Of a stretch of DNA of 52,405 nt, positions 1 to 12,654 are shown one piece after another. Both the position numbers and the translations under genes were made by a program. The stretch is from Macrostomum lignano (Eukaryota). The stretch covers positions 1 to 52,405 of the forward strand of contig NIVC01003720.1 of NCBI GenBank assembly GCA_002269645.1. Reading direction: 5' to 3'. The notes under the pieces are model-generated. The model was given only the letters and a program-made list of their open reading frames with translations. It was not told the origin of the DNA and did no database searches. Positions within the stretch are counted from its first letter, which is position 1. The number at the start of each line of letters is the position of its first letter.

Positions 1-2749
1 CGACGGCGCCTGAGCCTCCGACGGAGACCTGGTCGGCTGTGCGCAGCTTCAGGCGGACCAAGCGCGGCCTGGCTGAACCAAGGTGAGAAAGTGAAATGAA
101 TGTGACAGGGATATGATGGGGATATGACAGGGATATGATAGGGATATGATAGGGATATGATAGGGAGATGATAGGGATATGATAGGGATATGATAGGGAT
201 ATGATAGGGAGATGATAGGGATATGATAGGGATATGATAGGGATATGATAGGGATATGATGGGGATATGACAGGATATGATAGGGATATGATAGGGATAT
301 GATAGGGATATGATAGGATATGATGGGGATGTGATGGGATATGATAGGGATATGATAGGGATATGATAGGGATATGATGGGATATGATAGGGATATGATA
401 GGGATGTGATGGGATATGATAGGGATAGGATGGGATATGATAGGGATATGATAGGGATATGATAGGATATGATGGGATGTGATGGATATGATAGGGATAT
501 GATGGATATGATGGGGATAGAATGGGATATGATAGGGATAGGATGGGATATGATAGGGATATGATGGGATATGATAGGATATGATGGGATATGATAGGAT
601 ATGATGGGATATGATAGGGATATGATGGGATATGATGGGATATGATGGGATATGATAGGGATATGATGGGATATGATGGGGATAGAATGGGATATGATAG
701 GGATAGGATGGGATATGATAGGGATATGATGGGATATGATAGGGATATGCGGGCACGGGTTGTCCGCACTGGCTTACGTGTGGAGTGGAAAAAGACTTAC
801 CATTAAAAGTGCACATGAACTCCTGTCAATCGAAGGCGACGCCACGGCCGTCGTCAAGGGCGCCCGCAGCAGCTGCAGCCTGCACAGTTCGGCTGCCAGC
901 AGCGACCCGGAGCTCCGGCTGCATCAGCAGCAGCAGCAGCAGCAGCAGCAGCAATTTCTGCAACCAATCGATCCTCGTTTTATCGGACGGCGGCCCAGCT
1001 CAGCTGACCGAGATCACCGGTCCGCCTCGCCGCTGCCGCCACTGCCGCCCACCGGCCCGTCGCCTTCGCACGGGCCGGCGGCTGCACGCGGCTCTGCCGG
1101 CGCTCCTGCCGGGTGCAGGTGGTCGCGCGCGCCGCGCGTCGGCAAAACGTCGCTGTGCGCGCAGTTTCTGTCATCTGAGAGTCACGCGCTGAATGCGGCG
1201 GGTGAGCTGGCGGGTGGGGGGATCTGAAGGCCTCCTTCGCAACCTGGTCAGAAACAAAAACTTCATAACCCGAAACCTAATATGAACCCGAAACCTAATA
1301 TGAACCCGAAACCTAATATGAACCCGAAGCCTAATATGAACCCTAAACCGAACAAAAACCCGAAACCGAAAAAAAACCCGAAACCTAATTTGAACCCGAA
1401 ACCTAATATGAAGCCAAAACCTGATGTGAACCCGAAACCTAATAATAACCCGAAACCTAATAAGAACCCGAAACCTAACATGAACCCGAAACCTAATAAT
1501 AACCCGAAACCTAATATGAACCCGAAACCTAATAAGAACCCGAAACATCGATATAGGATAAACATCGTTACTAAACCAAGTAAAAACTTAAAGTATAGCT
1601 TTAGAGCTTCAAAGCTACAGCTTCAAAGAAAAATGTTTTATAGAAACATTTATAAAATCATTGAAAGCATTCTCATTGGCTACTAACAGTAGAATTGTGA
1701 GTTTTTGCTTTCGCCTCTTTTCGCAGCCGATATGCATTAATTTTTCTAATAAACCCACAGAAGATGAGCACGCTGACGTTACGGACGGCGAATCCAAAGA
1801 GCGCTACGTTACGTGCTGCTGGACGGCGACGAGTATCACGTGACTTTCCTGGACACCGAGGGCCCAGAACTGGTAATGTACATTCCAGTACTAGTGACTT
1901 AGAGTTAAAGTACTTTACAATACCGATGCACTATGGCCTACCATGATTTTGTAGGGCGTGTACATCCTGGACGTTGACGCGTACATGGTAGTCTTTGCCA
2001 TAGACAATAGACGCTCCTTCAACGCGGCCAAGCAAGTGCTGAACGAGCTGGTCAGCGAGGCTCGCAAAGCCTCCGCTCTGATTCTGGTGGCTAATAAAGC
2101 CGACCTGGTCAGGAACAAAGAGGTCACGCACGAAGGTGAGTGGTAGAGCTTGTTGATTCAGAAATAATCTTATATTCTTTACAAACACTCAAGACTAGTC
2201 TCTAAACTGACTCAGGACACCCACCTCACTCCAGACGCCCACCTCACTCCAGACACCCACCTCACTCCAGACACCCACCTCACTCCAGACACCCACCTCA
2301 CTCCAGACACCCACCTCACTCCAGACACCCACCTCACTCCAGACACCCACCTCACTCCAGACACCCACCTCACTCCAGACACCCACCTCACTCTATACAA
2401 CCACCTCACTCCAGACGCCCACCTCAAAATCAAAGATAAAACTCACCCACTATTTGCATCCAACAGAGGCCAAGAACTTGGCCGCAGTTTACGGCGCAAT
2501 GTTCATGGAGGTGTCAACGGCGCTGCACCACCAGGTGGACGAGCTGTTGGTCGGCACGCTGAGCCAGTTCAAGCCCGGCAGCGCCGTATGCAGAAGGAGA
2601 AAGAGAAGCTGCTCTGCTTGGAGCGGGATGGCGGCCGGGGACTGCGGGCCTCCCTAAGGCTGCGCTCGCCAAGGCGCATGGTTGGCGCCTTCATCAAGAA
2701 GCACTTCTCATCTAGGTCGTGCGAGAACCTCGACAAGGAGACCGCTTAA
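1..2749 (+). CDS. RGK: RGK-family (Rad/Gem/Rem-like) small GTPase, 5'-partial, with apparent 1-bp indels
   Basis: Exons <1-82, 836-1201, 1761-1872, 1955-2135, 2467-2749, all with GT/AG borders. Motifs: P-loop (G)APRVGKTSL (1129-1155), FLDTEG, YMVVFAID..SF, ILVANKADLVR, FMEVSTA..H.VDELLVG, and RGK-type C-terminus KKHFSSRSCENL (stop 2747-2749). Frame corrections are needed near 73, 1008-1107, 1126, 1812 and 2567. Confidence 0.85.
104..748 (+). repeat. 11-bp minisatellite GGGATATGATA (10/11-bp variants) in RGK intron
   Basis: Direct tandem units visible; source of spurious ORF 49..816. Confidence 0.95.
1267..1545 (+). repeat. 18-bp minisatellite AACCCGAAACCTAATATG in RGK intron
   Basis: About 15 tandem units; the ORF track shows 6-aa periodic translations. 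Confidence 0.95.
2214..2425 (+). repeat. 18-bp minisatellite ACACCCACCTCACTCCAG in RGK intron
   Basis: About 11 near-identical tandem units. Confidence 0.95.
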
Positions 2750-2952
2750 ATTAATTGGCAATTTTTCTAATTCAAAGCTTGTCGCTAAATAGACTTGATC
2801 ATTGAATTAATATAATTAAAGTGCTTAACACGCTGATTTTACTGTACAAAAATGTATGACTGTGTGACTCACAGTGACTGTAGATACTAAGAAACTTGTG
2901 CAAGGCAAGCAACCTAATACATTTTATCGATTTAAACTTGCCATGCCATCCA

Positions 2953-3382
2953 TTTCTAGCCCAAACCAAAACGGGAAACAGTGTACATTTCCAGCCCAAA
3001 CCGAGACAAGAAACAGTGTACATTTCTAGCCCAAACCGAGACGGGAAACAGTGTACATTTCTAGCCCAAACCGAGACAAGAAACAGTGTACATTTCTAGC
3101 CCAAACCGAGACGGAAACAGTGTACATTTCTAGCCCAAACCGAGACAAGAAACAGTGTACATTTCTAGCCCAAACCGAGACGGGAAACAGTGTACATTTC
3201 TAGCCCAAACCGAGACGAGAAACAGTGTACATTTCTAGCCCAAACCGAGACGGGAAACAGTGTACATTTCTAGCCCAAACAGAGACGGGAAACAGTGTAC
3301 ATTTCTTAGCCCAAACAGAGACGGGAAACAGTGTACATTTCTAGCCCAAACAGAGACGGGAAACAGTGTAGATTTCTAGCCC
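2953..3382 (+). repeat. 35-bp minisatellite ACAGTGTACATTTCTAGCCCAAACCGAGACGGGAA
   Basis: Period 35 (e.g. 2978 and 3013), about 12 units. Confidence 0.95.
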
Positions 3383-4659
3383 ATATTTCCATATTTAGTT
3401 CGTGCACATTTCAATCGCATTCAATTTTTTCAAAAGATCTTTAACCTAAAAATTATTCCTTAATAATAATGATAACGGTTAGTAACCTTCTCTAACAAAA
3501 TATTCTGTATTTGCTGATCTCACTGAAAGATGAACTGCAGAAATTTGCTTTACAACTTTGGCTGTTTTTAATAATATTCCATAGTTCGATAACAATATGA
3601 TACTGATTGCACCAGAGGCTACCTTTTCTAATGATGCGATTATTTGTGCTTGACAAAATGTTTTAGTTTACGTATTAAATAGTTTAGACTAACTTCTAGT
3701 CTAGAAGTCCTTGATTAAATATTAAGTAAAGAAGTAAAGCTATTGTGAAAATTCTACCGTTCGTATTATATTGCGCACTGTAAATATTCAATTTTGTTGT
3801 GTTTCTATTGTCTTGTTTATTCAGAAAAGCAAGACAGTTTTTTTGCAAAAATAAAAACCCGGAAATTTTGAACTATTTGCATTGTCTGCTGATTTTTCGA
3901 AATTAAAAGCTTCTTCAAATGCCTTTAAACTGCCCCAAATTGCTCCAAATTATATTAGCGCAGGGCAGTCGGGCCGCACATCTCTTCCTCCAAATTGCAA
4001 TTTCATCGACCTTGCTCTCGTGAGCCATCTTTTTTGGCAATCACTTTTTAATCCACTTTCTGTTCTCAGGGCTTTGTCTTCCGGCTTTGTTTCCCCGAGA
4101 ATCACGAGCCCTCCGCGAACAATAGATCCGTGGGTGGGGGGTTGCCGAGCCAACTGGTATCCAAACCTTTCATTTGATGCTTTTTGTAGCCTAGTCGCTG
4201 TTTTGCCTTGGCGTCTTGGTGACCGTTTCGTCTGCAGCCTCTCCCAGCCAGCCTAGGCCGGATCGGGTTGGTGTAAGAGATTTTTGTGGAGTCGAAAGTG
4301 CCTTATTGTAGCTCTGGAATGGTTCGATTGAATCTGTTTGCTAAGGCTGGGGCCACAGGCAGATGCTAATCTCCTGCTTCTCAGTGTCCCCGCTGCTGTG
4401 GAGGAGGAAAGCGAAAAATCCCGTCCGGAAATATCCCATCTCTCACAGTCGGGAGCTCAATGCAGATATTGCAATCCGCTCCCACTGGCTGACTATCCCT
4501 GTGTCAGGGACATTTTCAGCTGTCCGTGACATTTTCATTCGGATTCCGCTGCCGCTGATCTGGGAACTGGATATAGATCAGGGCTGAGTGTTTGCCGAAC
4601 AAATTACATGCTGTGCTCAATGTATGCTGCTGAGTCTGCAATATGAATGCGGAATTTGC

Positions 4660-5567
4660 CAGTCAGTCAGTCAGTCAGTCAGTCAGTCAGTCAGTCAGTC
4701 AGTCAGTCAGTCAGTCAGTCAGTCAGTCAGTCAGTCAGTCAGTCAGTCAGTCAGTCAGTCAGTCAGTCAGTCAGTCAGTCAGTCAGTCAGTCAGTCAGTC
4801 AGTCAGTCAGTCAGTCAGTCAGTCAGTCAGTCAGTCAGTCAGTCAGTCAGTCAGTCAGTCAGTCAGTCAGTCAGTCAGTCAGTCAGTCAGTCAGTCAGTC
4901 AGTCAGTCAGTCAGTCAGTCAGTCAGTCAGTCAGTCAGTCAGTCAGTCAGTCAGTCAGTCAGTCAGTCAGTCAGTCAGTCAGTCAGTCAGTCAGTCAGTC
5001 AGTCAGTCAGTCAGTCAGTCAGTCAGTCAGTCAGTCAGTCAGTCAGTCAGTCAGTCAGTCAGTCAGTCAGTCAGTCAGTCAGTCAGTCAGTCAGTCAGTC
5101 AGTCAGTCAGTCAGTCAGTCAGTCAGTCAGTCAGTCAGTCAGTCAGTCAGTCAGTCAGTCAGTCAGTCAGTCAGTCAGTCAGTCAGTCAGTCAGTCAGTC
5201 AGTCAGTCAGTCAGTCAGTCAGTCAGTCAGTCAGTCAGTCAGTCAGTCAGTCAGTCAGTCAGTCAGTCAGTCAGTCAGTCAGTCAGTCAGTCAGTCAGTC
5301 AGTCAGTCAGTCAGTCAGTCAGTCAGTCAGTCAGTCAGTCAGTCAGTCAGTCAGTCAGTCAGTCAGTCAGTCAGTCAGTCAGTCAGTCAGTCAGTCAGTC
5401 AGTCAGTCAGTCAGTCAGTCAGTCAGTCAGTCAGTCAGTCAGTCAGTCAGTCAGTCAGTCAGTCAGTCAGTCAGTCAGTCAGTCAGTCAGTCAGTCAGTC
5501 AGTCAGTCAGTCAGTCAGTCAGTCAGTCAGTCAGTCAGTCAGTCAGTCAGTCAGTCAGTCAGTCAGT
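4660..5567 (+). repeat. (CAGT)n microsatellite, about 227 uninterrupted copies
   Basis: Directly visible; source of the SVSQ ORFs. Confidence 0.98.
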
Positions 5568-6730
5568 TTGAGTATTTAAGCAGTATTTGCTTACAGTAAA
5601 TTTAACTACCATCTGCGCACCCAAAGTTTGCCCACAATTCATTAGTTGTACTTATTTAGCTGGGCTCAATCTGTTTATTTCTGTCCTCTGGGTTTAGTCC
5701 CGCTCTCTCAGTGTCTCTGCCTCAAATCAATACAGTCCCGTGGCAAGCAAGCGCGGAGCTGACAAGCTGAGCACAGCTGAGCTGAGGTCTCGCCAACTCG
5801 CCTAAAGCAGCTGAGTCGTGATTAGGTAGTGCGAGGCGCGCACATTACAGAAAGGGCCATTAGCGGTCTCGGGTTTCCTTGCGGCTGATGGGATTGGGAT
5901 TTTAACAGCTCCAAAAGCAGCAACAATCAACCATTTTCCAGACTCAGAGCCGGCCTGCTAGCTCTCTGGAAACAAGAAGCTATTTTCTCTCCTGCATTCT
6001 TTCTTTTAAAGACAACGCCAGGAAACTGCTGCAGCAGCAGCAGTAGCAATAGAAGCAGCAGTGCGAAAGGTTTCCAGCCAGAAGCAGAGAGTCAGGCAAG
6101 CGGAGAGCAGTTGGATACAGAATTTAGCCAGCTTCCTGACTGCATGTTTCAGTCTGTATAGTGAAACTGCCGGCTTGAGTGGTCATGCATGACACTGGGA
6201 TGAGGACTCGACCCCCCTGTAGAACTACTTTATCCTCAGTCGGCACGTGTAACGAGCTCTGTCGTCGGGAAGAGTTCCTCAAAAACTGGTCTTACTATCA
6301 CTCCCCGCTTCCCGGCTACCCTGCATCGACTATGCAGGTCCAACCTTCCTTCTCTCTTTCTCCTCTTTCAATAGCTCCTCACCCTTCCGTCCGTCTTCTG
6401 CTGTGCGCCCAGTCCCTTCCAAACTGCCGCACGCTCTTCATCGGGAAAATTCTATTTTTCACCGCGTTTCCCGAACGGCGTCTGGTTTGCCTGGCTGGGG
6501 AGGGGGGCGGCGGTGGGGAGAGGACTGCCGGGGCAAGGTACTTGCAAAAGGCCGAGGTCCGGATCGCGTATTTTGAGCAAGGCGGTCTAGCGACAAATAC
6601 CAGAAACTTTTCTGTCTGAGCAGAGGAAATTGGAAAGCAATCAGCGCTACTGAGCACCTTTGAAATTCAGCAGTGGGAGCAGAAGCAGCAGCAGTAGAAG
6701 CAGAAGAAGAAGCAGGAGCAGAAGACCCAA

Positions 6731-8083
6731 ATGCTTCGAATACCCCGGATAAACCGAGTGGTGCCGCGGCCGGTTGTCCGCTTCGTCTGCCTGCTGGCCG
6801 CCGCCGCCGCCGTCCGCCTGCTGCTGGTCGATCGGCTGCCCTGGGCGAAGCTGTTGCCACTGCCGCCAGAGTCGGGCCAAACGCAGCAGCAGCTGTTGAA
6901 TCTGTCGACGAAGTCATCCCTGCCGCAGTCAACGCAGCAGCGTCAGCAGCTTGAGCCGCTGCCCCGCCTGATCCACGTGACGGCGCACAACGAGATGCTC
7001 CGCGTCGAGTACCGGCCGGTGCTGCGCCAGTGGATGCTCGCCCAGCCCGAGCTGCAGCTCCGGCTCTGGCGCGACGTCGACGCTGACTGCCTCCTTCGGC
7101 TGAGCTACCCGGATCTGCTCAGCGGCTACCGGACCAGCCTGCAGACTCCGCTGGAGCGCTCCGACCTGATTCGCATCTTGGCCCTGCACAGCATGGGCGG
7201 CATGTACCTGGACCTGGACACCGAGCCAGTGAGGAACATCAGCCACCTGTTCAGCAGCCCGCTGGCCGGCGCCATGATCGCCCTGGAGCCCGAGGAGCAC
7301 GCCGTGCTGCTGTACAACCGGCCCAGCCTGCTGTCAAACGCGGTGATGCTGTCAGCGCCGAGGCATCCGTTTTATCTGTTCTACGCGGGACACATATTTG
7401 ACAATTTGAGCAAGCAGCAGCAGCTGCAGCAGGGGCGGCGGCGGCTGGTGAGGCGTCTCAGGCGGAGGAACAATTACGCGGCGCCGCAGATCACTGGCCC
7501 GCTGGTGCTGCAGTCTGCCTACGAGGCCTACGCGGCCAGGGAGCACTGCAAGGCCGACGAGGATCCGCAGCGCTGCCAGGTGTACCTGTTCGAGCCGGAG
7601 GTGTTCAGCCCGCGCTTCGACCTCAGCCAGCGGTCCAACTTCCGGAAGACCTGTATGCGCTGGCGTCGGCGCCTTCAACAGCAGCGGCGACGGCGCCAGC
7701 AGGTGACCAGCAGCGCCATGGACGAGCGCAAAACCGCCGTGTGCAAACGGCTGGCCGCTCGCGGCTTCACGGTCGGCTCCAACTCGAATGCCACTCTGGC
7801 CGTGCACCTGTTCCGCCACCTGACAACCTCAGGCGGTGGTGGCAAGCAGTCTCGGGGTCGGCTGAAGAAGCCGAAGCCGCCGGCTCGCCAGCAGGAGACG
7901 GTGTTCAACGCCACCGTCGAGTTTCCCCGGATGCTGATGCTCGCCGCGAGCTGGGGTCCAAGTGCCGCGGGCCGGCGTAGCGGTGACTGGAAAGGATTTT
8001 CGAATCCCCTCGGGCCAGTGTGGCCCGGTTCGTATTGTAAGCGGCCGCAACACGCGACAGTCCCTGCGATTAAATCTAGATAG
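6731..8083 (+). CDS. Glycosyltransferase family 32 (DXD sugar-binding domain, OCH1/SUR1-like), type II membrane, intronless
   Basis: 450-aa ORF with an N-terminal hydrophobic anchor (VVRFVCLLAAAAAVRLLLV). Motifs: LSYPDLLSGY, ERSDLIRILALHSMGGMYLDLD (DXD), NAVMLSAPRHPF, ITGPLVL and C-terminal AVHLFRH. The exact 3' end is less certain. Confidence 0.85.
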   Translation: MLRIPRINRVVPRPVVRFVCLLAAAAAVRLLLVDRLPWAKLLPLPPESGQTQQQLLNLSTKSSLPQSTQQRQQLEPLPRLIHVTAHNEMLRVEYRPVLRQWMLAQPELQLRLWRDVDADCLLRLSYPDLLSGYRTSLQTPLERSDLIRILALHSMGGMYLDLDTEPVRNISHLFSSPLAGAMIALEPEEHAVLLYNRPSLLSNAVMLSAPRHPFYLFYAGHIFDNLSKQQQLQQGRRRLVRRLRRRNNYAAPQITGPLVLQSAYEAYAAREHCKADEDPQRCQVYLFEPEVFSPRFDLSQRSNFRKTCMRWRRRLQQQRRRRQQVTSSAMDERKTAVCKRLAARGFTVGSNSNATLAVHLFRHLTTSGGGGKQSRGRLKKPKPPARQQETVFNATVEFPRMLMLAASWGPSAAGRRSGDWKGFSNPLGPVWPGSYCKRPQHATVPAIKSR

Positions 8084-8138
8084 AAACTCCTCACAGATAA
8101 TCTGCATATGCTTTCCATCCCTACCTCTTTCTAGCTCT

Positions 8139-8620
8139 AATCTATCTCTAATCTATCTCTTATCTATCTCTAATCTATCTCTAATCTATCTCTAATCTAT
8201 CTCTTATCTATCTCTTATCTATCTCTCATCTATCTCTCATCTATCTCTCATTCATCTCTCATCTATCTCTCATTCATCTCTCATCTATCTCTCATTCATC
8301 TCTTATCTATCTCTTATTAATCTCTCATCTGTCTCATCCATTTCTAATTTATCTCTAATCTATGTTTTCTATCCCTGTCTTTTTTCTAGCTCTCATCCTC
8401 ATCTTTTATCTCATCTCTTATCACCATCATCCATCTCTCTATCTATCTCTCATCTATCTCTGATCCATCTCTGTCACCTGTCTCTCATCTATCTCTCATC
8501 TATCTCTCATTCATCTCTCATCTATCTCTAACCTATCTCTAATATCTCTCTTTTCTATCTCTCCTCTATCTCAGTTACCTTATCCATCTCTTATCTACAG
8601 TGTATCTCTCATCCATCTTT
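8139..8620 (+). repeat. Degenerate ~12-bp ATCTATCTCT(C/A/T)A pyrimidine-rich repeat
   Basis: Visible tandem ATCT-derived units downstream of the GT32 stop. Confidence 0.85.
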
Positions 8621-9392
8621 CCTCCATCTCGCCAATGCAGTCGAATTGTTGCACCTTGGCATTATCAAGTCTCGCAAATAAATAATTCTGCCCCAGACAC
8701 CCGGAGTCTCAAAGTTTCCACTCTAACCTGCTTGCCAATGTCTCAGCCTGATCAATACCGTCCACTTCATAATCTACAAATCTGAACTTCGGTTTCTGTT
8801 TGCTGCTCTTTTGGCAGTATTTAATTGTGATGACCTCGGCATACAGTAGTACGCTCGTAATAAGCAGGACAACTGCGCTGTGCATTCAAATCAAATACAA
8901 TGTGTGCTGATAGACTGTATTTCACTTTTATCGTCATCGTCTTTATTCGGCATTCCAAATTTGGAAGGTGATCTAAGCCTGCCTGTATAGATAATGACGG
9001 GCTGATGGCAAGGTTATATATAGCATGCTTCAGTGGGCTTGGCCCGGGAAACTTCAGGGCATGTATAAGGGATCAAATAATTAATGGGGCTGCAGCAGTC
9101 CCGCCTTCCTGCTGCTCGCATGCGAAGCCGCCCATGGAAAAGAAATTGCCTAGAAAGACTTGTGATTTACTGACTCTGTGCTCTGCTGCTGATCTGCGAT
9201 GGCTGTGTCTCAGCTTAGCGATTCGAGCAGTTTCTGAGTATGAGAAGATTCATTTAATACCTGACACACTTGCTGCATCTTTAACTTTTCTGCACCAGTT
9301 TTTTAGGAATTTGAAACCTTTTTCAGAATTTACAAGTTCAGAAAATACAAATACTAGCTTGTAATAATAGCATGCTTCAGAACAGACTTTAG

Positions 9393-10566
<1,174 letters not shown>

Positions 10567-12446
10567 GAGTCTTGGTGTTGTTTAATTTTTGAAAAACACT
10601 TTGTAGGCTAACAAACTCGTAAATTAACGTAAATATACCCTACGTAAAGTAAAGTAACGTTAAGTAACGTTTATTTACCTAAAATCACGTTAATCAACCT
10701 TCAGGCTATTAGTTAATTAACCGCCCCAATACTAACCCTCGTTTTCAACGGGTTAAAATTAGTCACCAGCTGCTACTCATAGAATGGAGAAGTCAGGTTT
10801 CTATTTCTCCGCATGATAGACTTAACAAATTAAGGAAATTGGGAAAATTAGGAAATTTAGGTGAGTCTATATGCACAGTCAATACTCGGATACGCCATAG
10901 CCACTCATGACTATTCATTAGAAGAAATGGAGTTTGCTCTGCTCCGAGCGGTGTGAAGCTCCAGTTTCTAATATGATTTTAATGAATAGCTGATAGAGTA
11001 AACAGATCGTAACTGCGTGAGGTGGCTTTCATTCCCAGCAATAATTGTACCACCTGATTGTACTCCCTTTATTCTTAGTTCGGCTACTTACAGTAGACGG
11101 CAATGCTTCTGACGTGTTTTATTTAATTTCCCCCCTTTTATTCGAGCAGTTTCTTTCGTTAAAAAAATTAACGCCACTATAAGTGGGTTGTGGAGCATTT
11201 TGAATGATAATCAGTTGACTGCAGACTGTAGAATTTGTTTTACTGGGAAAAATACAGACAGCAGGAGCTCATTGTCAACATGCGGAGCTGACTCTTCACT
11301 TCTCGCAAATCTATTTCGCGGAATTTAGGAAATTTAAAACAGTGAAATTAGCATCAGAAAGTTTAAAGACTACTCAAGTAGAAGGGCGGGGAACTATACG
11401 TTGAAGATAGGAAGTTTTCATATTTTCAGCACAAAAATTGTTATTGCTTTCGATAGGAGGCAGACCCAATGTTCATCCCTTGATACGCTGTGCCTGTCTT
11501 ATAGCTTTATTGGTATTCATAAAGCTGTTGCTTCAGAAAATTTGGACTCTGTGTTGATTTTCGATTCTACGCACATTGTCTGTACCTAAAAATCATTAAA
11601 ATGCATGGCACAGCTCCAATCTTTGGTGTTATGAATCTATTTCATCATCTCTGTTACACATATTGGTGCACAATCAGCTGAGAATGACAAAATAGATTCT
11701 TAAAACCAAGGAGCCGAGCCGTGCCATTTTAATTAAGGGCTTTTAGGCACATGACATGTTTAATTGTACATGCATGTAGGAATAGGATAAAAAATTAACA
11801 TAAAATCCCAATTTTCCAAACAAAAAGCTCGATGAATATCGAGCTATAAGAAAGGCACAGCATATCAAAAGATGAACAATGGGTCTGCCTCCCATCGAAA
11901 GAAATAACATTTGGGCTGAAAAAATGAAAACTTCTTATCTCCGCAGTTCCGGTAAAACCTGCCTTCTAAAATTTTCCTAGAAACGTTGGTTTCCCGTTCT
12001 TCCACTTGAGTAGTTCTTGAGTAGTCACATGAGAAAGTTATGCGACAAAATTGTAAAGTAACGTTGCTGGTTGGAAAGCTGAAAGTTCTACTGTAAATTC
12101 TACATTGAATTACAAAAAAGTTGAGACAAATAAAAATCAGTTCGTTCTACTTGTAAGTAGTGCGAGACGACAGTGGAAAAAGAGGTTTTAAGATTTAAAA
12201 AATCACACTCCTAACTAACTTTGTAGTTTTAACTTGGCCAATTATATTTACCTAACCCCAGATAGCTTAATCTATGTACTTTTATATTACAATGTAAAAG
12301 GGCAGCCGAATGTTAATACGAAAATCCCCGTTTATATTAGTGTTAATAATGTAGTTTTAATTATTAACATTGAATTAATTATTTTGTCAGTCGGAATCGA
12401 TCGCTTAACCTCTCTGCTCAGTCGAGTCCTGCTTGACGACAAGCTC

Positions 12447-12557
12447 TCAATCGCAAGGGCAGGTTTTGGCCTCCTCAGCTGCTGGGGCAGCAGCGGAATC
12501 TTCAGCAGGCTGCTGGCACCAGCCGCCAGACTTCTGACTGCCACCGGACTGGCAGGC
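12447..12557 (-). CDS. CFAP126: Candidate terminal exon of Flattop (ACQSGGSQKSGGWCQQPAEDSAAAPAAEEAKTCPCD*)
   Basis: Pyrimidine tract plus CAG acceptor at 12558-12560, phase 0. In frame with a possible donor AGG|GTTGGT at 13670/13669. Composition resembles the tail of exon 3. Confidence 0.5.
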   Translation of the reverse strand, partial: ACQSGGSQKSGGWCQQPAEDSAAAPAAEEAKTCPCD

Positions 12558-12654
12558 CTGCGGGGGGGGGGAAGATTGTGTAAATGCTGTGAAATTTTTG
12601 ACGAAACTCTCATAAAACTCTGATTCTGTACTCTGATAACAGCTTTAATATGTA

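Noticed and set aside
1267-1545. AACCC(G/T)AAA units as telomeric repeats
   Set aside because: The 18-bp unit is not TTAGGG- or TTTAGGG-periodic and sits inside an intron.
3882-4600. GC-richer segment as an exon or retroelement fragment
   Set aside because: Stops in all plausible frames and no recognisable motif; left unannotated.
4588-5599. 300-aa SVSQ ORFs, and the similar SVCL (9459-10611) and IYLS (20817-21608) ORFs
   Set aside because: Translations of tetranucleotide microsatellites that are stop-free by construction; no unique coding context.
6179-7980. Overlapping alternative-frame and antisense ORFs around the GT32 gene
   Set aside because: Shadow ORFs of GC-rich coding DNA and CAG-type repeats.
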